DNA from: Lytechinus pictus
Lineage: Eukaryota
Direction of reading: 5' to 3'
NCBI RefSeq assembly: GCF_037042905.1
Contig: NC_087252.1
Location: 20,834,001 to 20,898,000 of the forward strand
Length of the DNA stretch: 64,000 nt
The position numbers were made by a program, and so were the translations under genes. Of this stretch, positions 13,250-25,600 are shown one piece after another. Numbering within the stretch: position 1 is the stretch's first letter; every line of letters starts with the position of its first letter. The notes beneath the pieces were generated by a model. It saw nothing but the letters and a program-made list of their open reading frames with translations. It was not told where the DNA came from and made no database searches.

Positions 13250-13466
13250 AACAGTTTTGTTAGGATGATATGTGTAAAAATCAACTCTTCTGTAGGAGAA
13301 TGTGTAACATATGTACATTTGCTTGTAAATTATCCTTTTGTACATTTCTGTAAAATTGAAATGTGTAAAAAGCCACGTTTACCGTGCAGAGTTGAAATCC
13401 AGCTAGTCCACGGTTACCATTTGGGTTGGTATTGATGGTGGCGTTCATAGGTGAGAAAAATGAGTA

Positions 13467-13658
13467 CAGGTTAACTCCGCCCAAGTCGACCTGCCACAAG
13501 TCCAATATTCACCCAAGTCGAAGCAGTTTTTGAGACCAGATGATCGAGAACATGTGCCGTATACCTCTCCTAAATCAACTTTCTAACTATTAAAGAAAGT
13601 CGATTTAGGAGAGGTATTCCTGCGGTCCCAAAATATTTGACTTGGTAAGAGGTACCTG
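13467..13658. mobile_element. Tc1/mariner-type MITE in the probable RBBP5 3'UTR
   Basis: Ends are TA|caggt and acctg|TA; the left end is the inverse of 12991-13029. Confidence 0.65.
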
Positions 13659-14819
13659 TATTTACCTTTATCTTTTATGCAAGCTAAAGTAAGTTGTACC
13701 GAATTTAACATTTGAATTGTATAAACAAAGCCCAAGGTTCATCTCGTGAAATGATCAAAATTCTTGGTTGTAAGGTGCTTTAACCAAAATAAAAGCTGTG
13801 TTTAGCCATGGCATTTAGAGGGAATCTCTGCATTTCCCCCCCCCCCCCTCTTCTTTGTCAACAGACTAGATAGTATTAGATCAGGAAAGTCACTTAATTT
13901 CTGCATGCAGCAAAGCCATGGACAAATTGCTTGTTAATTTCTTTAGGGGGCACTGCCATTACAAGGCGTGCACCATGCTTGTACACACAAACTCGTATTG
14001 GATGATGTATGCATGTACAGTAAAAAGGGTATCAAAATTGCAAAAAAAATTGGGTAAAAGGGTATAATTTTCAATGGCTTTGACACATGTGTATTAAAGG
14101 GGTGTTTATTTCATTATCATCAAAAAGTTATGCACCTCTAAGAATGGTGTCCACCTAATTAACGACAGTGATTTTCATGTAAAAATTAATGGGATTCACC
14201 TTTGCAAAATGGAATCCAGGTTTTTGCTGTGTACATTTTCAGTGACAAAACGGAATTTCCATTTTTAGATCATTTTTTTTTTTTTTACATTGTAGATGTC
14301 CCCATATATCAAGTCAATAAGTTGGAGCCCCCCCCCCCCACCCCCTGTCCCTTTAAAAAACTGTATATTATTAATAATACCATAGCAAAATTTATTATTT
14401 ATAATCATTTATTTTCTAATAACATACAGACAGTATTGTTTGGGATCTAAAAAATATAAATTAAAGTATTCAAAATGTGAGGTGATTAAAAATAATAAGA
14501 CTGAAGAGGCAATTGTGTATATTGTTTCATTAATTTATTCGCTATAAAAATGAGTTAACATTGTATTTGTAGCACATTTCATAAATAATAGTTTATATAC
14601 ATGTAAATACAAAAATGTAATTCAGTATGAACCATTTCCCAGTGCAGTGAATAAGACTGTTTAACCATTCTTAAATTAAGTCGCTCTTAAATTGCGAACA
14701 TCTTCATGAAATACCCACCAGAATACAATTACTAGTGTATAATGCATTAAGATGTAGACATAGATTGAATGTTACGGGCAGTGGAGAATGTTACTTTATC
14801 AAACTTCAGTACCATGCAA

Positions 14820-14990
14820 AGAGCACACATATTATCAATAATAAATAATATAGGAGTTGGACAGCGCACGTTTTAGGTGCGTCTTTAAGGGGCTCCCGTC
14901 TATCAAGCTAGTCTACCAATTTAGTGCTGAAGTAAACGTCCCTCAGATTGAAAGACGTGAGTCTTTACCACTAGACCACGCTGCCCCCAC
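14820..14990 (-). mobile_element. Truncated tRNA-derived SINE
   Basis: The minus-strand head ggggcagcgtggtctagtggtaaagac contains an A box; the body shares ggtagactagct with 11096-11107. Confidence 0.55.
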
Positions 14991-15090
14991 GATGTTATTA
15001 ATCGTAATAAGACCCCATTCAAAGAGTTGCGAGAGATTTCAATTGATCTGAATTTGATTTGGATCACAACTCAAGAAGGAGCTAATACAG

Positions 15091-15358
15091 GGGCCCATCT
15101 TACAAAGAGTAAGATTGATCTGATCAATTCAACTATGTAAAGCCAGCAAAGTCAACATATAAAATGCATGTTTTTTTTTTTTTTAATCTAGATATGAATG
15201 TATATCCATAAATTCATTGATTTCTTGACAATTTGGTGTGTTCTCCTTTGTATGTACAAAGGACATTTTTACGTTTCCTGTATGAAAAATTATGACACTG
15301 ATGGATTTCCATAGTTACAATTGATTGGATCAATCGTAACTCTTTGTAAGACGGGGCC
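15091..15358. mobile_element. PIF/Harbinger-type MITE
   Basis: TIRs gggcccatcttacaaagag / ctctttgtaagacggggcc with a CAG TSD; homologous to 12717-12973. Confidence 0.8.
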
Positions 15359-16662
15359 CAGGAGTACTCTCCTACATGTACGTGTACTGTATGTGTGGTT
15401 TGTGAATCACTTTTACCTCTACATGATCTTGCCATAAAAAGACCTCCATGTAACTCCTCAAATTTGAAGAAAAATATCACTGATTCAGTGACTTCATTGA
15501 GAAAACATAGAAGTCCTTAATACTTTCCAGGGACTGCGCCAGGGTATTTCCATGATGGCTCAATGAAGTACATGTATGTTATGTCGTTTTAATAAATAAA
15601 AATAGGAGTATTGTGTGCTTACACAGCCAAACCAGAATTACTTGACATTGGTCACTCATTTGGAAGCACTTATTACATATATGTCATAGTAACGGTATGT
15701 TTGGTCCTCCCAGTAAATTTGAATAATCATCGGCATTACAAATAACATGCATAATTATAAAGGTTGCATTTGCATTGTAAATCTAGATCTGTACAGAGCT
15801 TTGTACATGATATGATAAATAAATATGATGTGATCGGTGCAAAAATAGATGAATCTTTGTTTATATCTCGTGTGTACCTACCAATAATACATAGTGTATT
15901 GTTTGCTATACAGAAGACTCAAAGACGTCATTGTTCCTACTTCTTCCAATCAAGGACTGAAGAACACATTTGTTTTACTTTAAGTAGCATAACCACAAAG
16001 CAAATTGGAATACATGTACCTCTTTTAATAGTATAACATTTATCATAACTTTAGGCCAAAGTAAAAGAGGTGTCATTAAGATTAATCTGTGCAGCCTGTA
16101 TTCTGAACTCTAGTTTGTATTTTTGGTTGTTGTATTTTTAACTCTAAACTGTACAAGTTTACTCAATGAAAGCCAAATGAGGCACATATATCTCTATACA
16201 AGTTTTTATACTTTTGGCTTCCCATAATTTTAGCCTGACATACATTACACCATGTCCTACTTAAACTATAGTTCACAATACAGGCCTATGAGTTTAAGGA
16301 AATGGGAAATAAGTTAAATTGTAAGTTCCAATACATGTATGCCTCAGGTTGCATTGGTCAAAAGTCACTCAAAACTATCCAACACAATAGGTCTAACAGA
16401 GTTAGTCCATGATGCAGAATAGGTTCCAAAGAGTTAGTCCAATCAGTATTTTCATCATAATACAGGCCTGTGAGTTTAAGTAGAGTAGTGAGTTCCGATA
16501 CTGTGTGCCTGAGCTGGACTGATCCAATATGCCATTGCTCAGGTTGCATAGGTCCAGGTACATTTAGTCCACCCACCAGAATAGGTCCAACAGAGTTTAA
16601 TAGTACACCCAACACAACAGGTCCCATAGAGCTAGTCCAATAGCCCTAGGTCCAAATGAGTT

Positions 16663-19600
16663 TTAGTCCACATCAGCTCCTGGTAACGAGCTCTTCCACG
16701 CATCGTCCCACAAGCAATGCTGCTTTTGGTCCACGTGATAGTTGAACGCATGGCATCGCTTACAAGTCTTTATGCCGCACCTGTAGCTGACGACGTTGCC
16801 TGCCGAATCTCTCCCGCGGCAGTACTTCAGCCCGCACGGGTACCAGCCGATGCACACTTCCAGCTGGCAGGCGCACGGCAGCTGAACTTCTGGTACCCCA
16901 CTGCATTGCTTCTCGTTGCTGGAGATTGGTAGTGGCTGTACAGCATTCATGAGAGCTGTGTACGTCAAATTTGATCCTGTGAGTCAGAGGGGGCAGAAAG
17001 AAAAGAACTTTTGTTATTGATGAGTGATGACAGTGCAAAAGTTGTTAAGTTGTTAGGATCTTTGTAATTATTTATGTAAAAGAAAGGGTTCAGATCAGAA
17101 AAGAAAAAAGGAAAGTAGTAGAGTGACATGTACAAGTACTGACACATGTTTTGTATATGATATATAAATAAATTTTGCATTTACACGATTTCCAAATCAG
17201 AATATACATGTAAATGATTACACTGTACAGTAATGTTGACCATCTTTAAACTTAAGGATATATGATTCTTCACACTCAAATGCATTTATATCATTGCATA
17301 TTTGTATCAAAAGATGTAATTTCAGTACAAATGCAGCGATCCACAAGAGCAAAAACACATGTATTACAAAACGCACATCTGAAAAGAGGGGTGTGCACAG
17401 AAAATAATAATAATAGAGCAACAATCACACAATGATGCGTTATATGGGCTTTGGATTGCGATGGCAAATAATACAAAAATAATATAAGAAAGACAAGACA
17501 CGTAGACTTGGTTGATAGACACCGCATGGTCCCAAATACATTTTATAGTCTATCCTACTATTTAACTTCAATATACATTGTACATGTAGATCCACCACAA
17601 CACAAACTTTATACATGTAGTTGTAATTTTATCAAACAAGCAAAACACTGTTCATAATTCATCAAAATCTGAGTTACGCAACATACATGTTAGAGTGAAA
17701 TACCACTAAAAGACCTTATGCATCTCAAAGGTCCCTCCATTAGAGGTTACAGGAACAGAGATGTGCCAGCTGCAGATCACCAACATTAGCAAGGCAATGG
17801 CTCCAGCCTCTAAGAGGGTGTTGCAAGAAAATATTTGCGGACCACGAACAAGTACCAGTTACGTGTATGGCGATAGAGCCTTCTCTATTTTTGCTCCCAA
17901 TTCAGTTTTAAATAAATAACCTTCTTACATCCATCATGCCTACTCAATTGATTAATGCAAGACATTGCTACTAACAAGTGGAATGCCTCTGGCCGTCTCA
18001 CCTGCATCACGCGATTCAATATAGCAGCGGTGCTGATTTTGAAAACTACTATAACTCGCACAAGATGTTCAGTGATACTTGGTTACTCGTATTTCCACGT
18101 TTTATGAACTAGACCAATACACTTATAGAGATATGATGGCAATTCAACAAATACCCCCAACGTGGCCAAAGTTCTTTGACCTTACATGACCTTTGACCTT
18201 GATCATGTGACCTGAAACTCGCACAGGATGTTCAGTGATACTTGATTACTCTTATGTCCAAGTTTTATGAACTAGACCAACACACTTTCAAATTTATGGC
18301 TGTAATTCAACAAATACCCCAATTTGGCCAAAGTTCATTGACCCTAAATGACCTTTGACCTTGATCATGTGACCTGAAACTTGCACAGGATGTTCAGTAA
18401 TACTTGATTACTATTATGTCCAAGTTTCATGAATCAGATCCATAAACTTTCAAAGTTATGATGGTAATTCAACAGATACCCCCAATTCGGCCAAAGTTCA
18501 TTGACCCTAAATGACCTTTGACCTTGGTCATGTGACGTGAAACTCATGCAGGATGTTCAGTGATACTTGATTAACCTTATGTATAAGTTTCATGAACTAG
18601 GTCCATATATTTTCTAAGTTATGATGACATTTCAAGGTTAAGATGTTGATGTTGATTCCCCCAACATGGTCTAAGTTCATTGACCCTAAATGACCTTTGA
18701 CCTTGGTCATGTGACATGAAACTCAGGCAGGATGTTCAGTAATACTTGATTAACCTTATGGCCAAGTTTCATGAACTAGGTCCATATACTTTCTAAGTTA
18801 TGCTGTCATTTCAAAAACTTAACCTCAGGTTAAGATTTGGTGTTGACGCCGCCGCCGCCGCCGTCGCCGCCGCCGTCGTCGGAAAAGCGGCGCCTATAGT
18901 CTCACTCTGCTATGCAGGTGAGACAAAAACCAACCTTTTAAATGTCTAGATCAGGGGTCCGTAACACAAAGGTTATCGATTAATCGCCAACTTGAAAGAA
19001 CAATTCTGATTGGTTCCTAGTTACTAGTAGTCTACTAAATGCGCATGTACCGACGATCTTGATAGGCTACTTCATTTAGCGATTAATCACCAACCTTTGT
19101 GTTACGGGGCCCAGTTGTGGGTTGGTGTACAGTACATGTATACAGAGGTGCACATCTTAGGATTTTGTTTCGTTTACATACATGTACTTGTTTCCTTTAA
19201 ATTTTGTTTTTAATTCATTAAGACCACATTTTTATTTCCCCCGGTAATTCATAGTTAATAGTGTAGAAGTCAGAGCACTTTATTCGAAACACCTGTATTG
19301 AGCACCCTACAAAATTTTTCATTATTATCGTTATCATCATAATTATTATTATCATTATTATTACTATTCTCTCCCTCTGCCTCTTGCCCTCCGCCTATCA
19401 TCTCTTGCAAAGTTACTCTAATATTAATTGTCCTTTATTCAATTGCCATATGCGCGATAATAGTACGCAATGTTAATCTTTTCTCTTTCAAAACCTAGCA
19501 AAGTCAAATTGTAGAACACATGATTCAATAAAACAAATATTTAAAAGACCGGTAAAAACTGGGGTTAAAATTCACAGACCTGTGATGTTGTTTTTTAATA

Positions 19601-22600
19601 CATGTATGCTGACAATGCTGTAAACGTTAAACTTATGTAAAAGTTAGAGCATACATGTACATGATATTATAAACAAAAATATCATCATGCAAGTCAAGCA
19701 ATAAATATTGCATTATGGATAATAATGAATTAGATTTACAATTTCAGACTCAATATGAAACATGTATGTATTAATGTGCCCATCTTATACGTATGCTGCA
19801 AAAAAATCAAAGTCATACATTTTCTTACGCACAACCATCATCTACATCCCTTCATTAAAAAAAAGACAAATGTTTTCATGCAATTTTAAGAATTAGAGCT
19901 GCAAAATTTTATGTTTTCATTTTAAACATAGCATTTTTTTTCCTTTACTGAAAATATTTTGCTTTGGATCAACACACACTGCTGCAGGCTGTTTTAATTT
20001 GTGATAGTAGTAGGAGTGGGCTATAAATGGGTGATTTTTGGTTTTACTGTGGAAACAGTTTTTTTGTGTTCCTTTTACCTTATCTCAACATGAAATGACA
20101 ATATTTTTTGTCTCGGGTCCGAGAAAAAAGTGTGCCGGGCCAAAATCCAAAATGGCCGCCAAAACCCCCCAAAATCACAGTTTTGGCCACAACTTTATTA
20201 TTTGGTGGTCATTTTCTCTGGTTTTGGTGTCTATTCATATATTTTGGGGGGCAGGCAATTTGTTTTTCCTATAATTAGTACTTTTAAACCATTATTTGTA
20301 GAGTTAAAAGGTAATTATACCTAAATTTTCCCATTTTTGTAGCCTTTTTTCAGCCAAAAAGTGGGTTTTATCATCCTGGGGTTCTAGGATATTAGATGGT
20401 ACGAGGTCAACAATAGCAAGCAGCTTCATGTAGCTATATTGCTTTTATTCCTCCACTTTGGGTTTTACGGATATTTGTGAAATATATCTTATCAAATAAA
20501 AGAAAATGTCATTTATCCATAGGGGCTATACAGTGTACAATGCACTGTACATACTACACTGCACATATCCATGCATTGACCACCATGGCATATGACAAGG
20601 CCTGTATATAAACTATAGTGTCATAGAAATGAGCTTCAAAGGTTTAGAATTAGATTGTGAATTTGATTCCTTGTCAGCTGATGTACATGGTGAAACCAGC
20701 AACGTAAATTACACTTACATGTAAATATCACAAACATGTATATATACGTACATCACATTTTTAGCCATATCTTCTTCATTTGGAGGCTTTTTTTTAACCT
20801 GGTTCTGATGTCTAACTGGCCTATGTTTATGGGGTCAGGTAACTACTAGGTCTACTATCATGGTAACGCTGATCAACAGCCAATCAGAATAAAGGATTGC
20901 ATGCAAGTTACCATTAAGTTAAGTTAACATAATGGTAAATTTTTATGCAACGGGGCCCAGAATAGCTACAGTGTAAATTACCTCTCTCCGCCCCCTGAAT
21001 TAGCATATTTGACAAAACATGTCCTCAATTTCTGAGACAAAACATATCTTCAATTTCTGAGGCATCTAATTCTAAACCTGAGAGCTCATTTCTATGACAC
21101 TATAGTTTATACAAGCCTTGTATCTGTCATGGTGTCCAATGCATTTATGCAGTGCAGTATGTTTGTACAGTACATTGTACATATGTATACTGTATAGCCC
21201 CAATGGATAATTGACATTTTTTTATTTAATAAGATATCTTTCACAAATATCCGTAAAACCCAAAGTGGAGGAATAAAAGCAACATAGCTATATGAAGCTG
21301 CTTGCTATTGTTGACCTCATACCATCTAATATCCCAGAACCCCAAGATGATAAAACCTACTTTTTGGCTGAAAAAAGGCTACAAAAATGGGAAAATTTAG
21401 GTACAATTACCTTTTAACTCTACAAATAATGGTTTAAAAGTACTTATTATAGGAAAAACAAATTGCCTGCCCCAAAAAACCTATGAATAGACACCAAAAC
21501 CAGAGAAATTGACCACCAAATAAAAAAGTTGTGGCCAAAACTGTGATTTTGGGGGGTTTTGGCGGCCATTTTGGATTTTGGCCCGGCACACTTTTTTCTC
21601 GGACCCGAGACAAAATTTTTTGTCATTTCATGTTGAGATACATTACAAGGAATAAAAAAAAACTGTTGTCATATTGAAATTACAAAAAAAGTATTTTTGA
21701 CCCATGTATAGCCCACTCCTAATAGTAGCATTTCTTTTTTTTCTGTCTTCATCTTGCCCCCTCCCTCACTCCCTTCCTTTCTCCCTCCTCTATCTTCGTC
21801 TCTTAACCTCTTTCCCTTCCCCCACTACCTCTTCAACTTTCCATCTCTCTCCACATAAACATGAACATTTTATGATGTTTAAGATTATAAAACTCACATG
21901 GACAAACATTAAACTTGTTATGCATCAATAAATCATTAAATAAAACTTGATAAATATTTCAATAAGAACAAAAGAAGATGCTGTGAAAACAAAAACATGT
22001 GAAACGGGCCAATGTCCAAGTGAATTGAATGAGCATAACAAAACAAAAAATTGATAAATAAATAAATGCAAAGCTGGTAAAGATGAACAATGATTTGCTG
22101 CAAATTAATTGCAATAAAGTGTTGAAAGAATTGAAGAAGTGAAATACCCTTGACAGTGTGAGCCCATTTAGGGAAGAGAAGAGATGCTCTGTTTCCTGTT
22201 TGGGGGAGGGAGGAAAGGATTGATAAAGCACCATTCACACACACACAAAGAGACACAAAAATCTAAAGGTCAGTGCCAGCCGCACAGAAACGCTGTACAT
22301 GTTACTGAGCATTAACAGTAAGCCTGTCATATCTTAAAATCGTGAAGTCAGAACATTTATTACAATGTGTAAGTAATGCATTGTAAAATTAGGCATCGCT
22401 GCCACATTACCGGTTATAACAGGGCCTCTGTTAAAGCCAACAATGTTTCTGTGCGGTCAGTACAGGAAAATACATATTTGATTTAAAACTGTACAAATTC
22501 ATCCATAAATTTGACAAATGGTATTCCTTGCAGTACAGTGTACAATGTAGCTGCTGAAATTACATGTACATTGTACAAAATACATTTTCCTATTAACCTA

Positions 22601-25600
22601 TACTCACTGACCGCACAAAAACGTTGTTAGCGCTAACATTTCACTAACAGAGGCCCTGTTACAACCGGTAATGTGGCAGCGATGCTTAACGTTACAACAA
22701 TGCATTACTTTGATACACATTGAAATAAATGTTTTGACTTCACAAATCCAAAGATGTGACTGGGCTTACTGTTAGCGCTCTGTAATAGGCTAACAACGTT
22801 TCTGTGTGGCCGGCAATGATTGTTATTCCCTCTGTGTACGTACATGTATGTACATTTCATGTCCTGAGTCATAACGTAATCACTGGTTCCAGTTAAATGG
22901 TGCACTGACCCTATTCTAGTTTCACAAGTCTAATGATCAAAAGCGGTGTGAATTTTTTATCACATGAAAAGCATGTATGGGGGGGGGGGCTTTGAAACGT
23001 ACTGTACACATGTATTCTGAAAATAAAACATAATAAAATAATCTGAAATTTACAGTGAATTAGAATTCATCACAGACCAAATCAGTATGACACTCCCATT
23101 TTTAATTGCTAATAGAGAAAAATATAGAAAATTTGAGGGAAAAGCTGTTGTGTGAGTATCATTTCATTCTGGAGGGCCAATACAATAGGAGTTATTTCTC
23201 CAAAGTAGACCTCGAGCATCTTGATGCATAAAACATTTTGGCATTTGGGCTTGTTTTCAGACGGAAAGCTGAGAAAGTAACATTCATCCTGCAATGTGAC
23301 TTCACGTCTTTGTTTTTTTAATGAAAAATATATATTTTGATGTGGTAGCAACTATGGACACACATGATTATGGATGTTGTTTTTTTCAGTATCCCCCCCC
23401 CCCCCTCAACAATTGGTCATTTTTTCACTGAGAACATTTCGTAGCCAGACCCCGGCAGTTGACAAACAAGCTTCTAAAAGCAACAATTACTAAGAAATTG
23501 AAATTAAAACAAATAATTTTCTACTTTTATTCAACTGCTGTGTATTCATGTGCATTCATTTCACATTATGCAGAACTTTCAATTTCATTTGGGGATAGAA
23601 ATCAATGGATGTATGAGAACAAAAAATATAATAAGAGATATATTATTAAGTCATAAATCAGAAAAGGAATCAACTGAAAGGGGAGAAAAGCTACTTAAAG
23701 GTCAAGTCCACCCCAGAAAATTGTTAATTTGAATAAATAGAGATAAATCAAACAAGCATAATGCTAAAAATTTGATCAAAATCGGATGTAAAATAAGCAA
23801 GTTATGACATTTTAAAGTTTCGCTTACTTTTCACACGACAGTTATATGAACTCAGTGACAAACAAATGAAAAAGTCGATGATGTCCATCACTCACTATTT
23901 CTTTTGTTTTTTATTGTTTGAATCATACAATATTTCAATTTTTACCAATTTGACATCAAGGACCAACTTAACTGAACCATAAAATGTTATAACAATGGTA
24001 ATGCCATATCTTCAGGGAGGAATAAAACGTAGTTTCACAGGACAATGAGGAGAAAATTTGAATATTTCAGATTTCATATTATAAAATACAAAAGAAATAG
24101 TGAGTGAGTGATGTCATCAGTCCCCTCATTTGCATACCTACCAGGATGTGCACATAACTGTTTTGTGAAATTAAGCGAAACTTTAAAATGTCATAACTTT
24201 CTAATATTTTACATCCGATTTTGATGAAATTTTCAGTGCTTATGTTTGTTAGATTTTTCTCTTTTTATAAAAATCAATTTTTTGTTGGGGTGCTGGACTT
24301 GTCCTTTAAGAAGAGATGATTATCTAATATGAAGAGACACCCATATAATGGATAAAAAGCTACTAAACGATTATGAATTTAAACTAAACTACGAATCGGG
24401 GACAAAAGCAGATTCAGAATGAGAATCAATGGAATACATACCTTTCGACCATCCCTTGATGTCTGCTGTACGAGTGTACACCCTCTCCTTGGCTTCCATG
24501 CATGTGTTGTAGATATGAGGGCTGATCCTGGCCGATCGTTCGAGGCTGACGGACATGTCAAAGGTCAAAGACTCCTTGCCTTTGTCTTCTTCCGGGTTGC
24601 GGATGGTTCCGGGATTTTTCTACAAAAAAGTAGCAGCAGTAGAGAGAGAGAGAGAGTCAAATTATACTTTTTTTTTTTTCTGTGCTTCTTTATGAGATCT
24701 TACAGCTAAAATTTGCTACATTTTATTATTTTTTTTTTTACATTTTACACTGGACCCTGTGAGAATTTCAGGGCTCTTATTTTAGATTTTCAGGGATTTG
24801 TGCCTTTTGTGGGGTACGATGCCCCCCCCCCCCCCCCTTTGATAAAATTTTTTGTAAGTGCAAAGTGTTTGTTGGGAGGTGGGGCTTGTCGAATTATGAT
24901 GTAGAATGACCATCCTTCGGAATCGAAGACCTTTTTTCTGGACAAAAATGCCCCCCCCCCCCTTTCGAAAATCCTGGATCTTTATTGCCTTGCTACTAAT
25001 GTGTTACATCAATTACAAGTTTCAAATTACTGAACTAAAGTTAAAATTCTGCGGTCTTCATTAATGGCGTACTTATGAGGGGGCGGCCACATTTGTCATT
25101 AAAGATGTTTGGAGATAACAACTACACATTTTCATGTGTACAATGGTCATTTTTTTAAATAATGAAAGTATAACAACAATTTTAATGAATTTTAGAAACA
25201 TGTATACAGTATGTAAAAGTTTACATTTGACGATTTGAATCATTTTGATGTTTTATTTTAGGTCTAACTTTGGTGTTTTACCTGTCTCAGTTTAGACATG
25301 GCATCTGATGAGATGAATTCTGACTTGCTGAATTTGGTCACAAAGCACATGATGTGATACTGACTCTCTAGCCTCTCCTCCTCTCCTAAGACAATGGTTT
25401 TAAAGATGCGTACTTCCTAAGAGAGGAATACATGTAAGAGATGAAAAATAGAACAAAAACTGGTATTACAGAATTATCATCAAACTAATGTATCCGAGCT
25501 ATTTCGGAGGAGTTTTATAAAAATTTTCTGATTTTTTTGTTGTCTTACCGGTATACCACAGCACAAGACGCAAATATATCAGAGGATATGCCTCTAAAAA

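Larger units (their letters stand above)
17695..19365 (+). mobile_element. Decayed L2/CR1-type LINE 3' fragment split by nested insertions
   Basis: A degenerate YGDRAFSIFAP-like segment lies at ~17867-17900. A KT-LL/KT-LF-like terminus resumes after the Helentron-type insert, and an (ATT)n-type tail follows at ~19320-19365. Confidence 0.55.

Noticed and set aside
16597..16665. Stop-codon readthrough of OAF, as known for Drosophila oaf (UGA)
   Set aside because: The stop here is UAA-A, a non-leaky context, and the in-frame extension is only ~21 codons of repeat-derived sequence.
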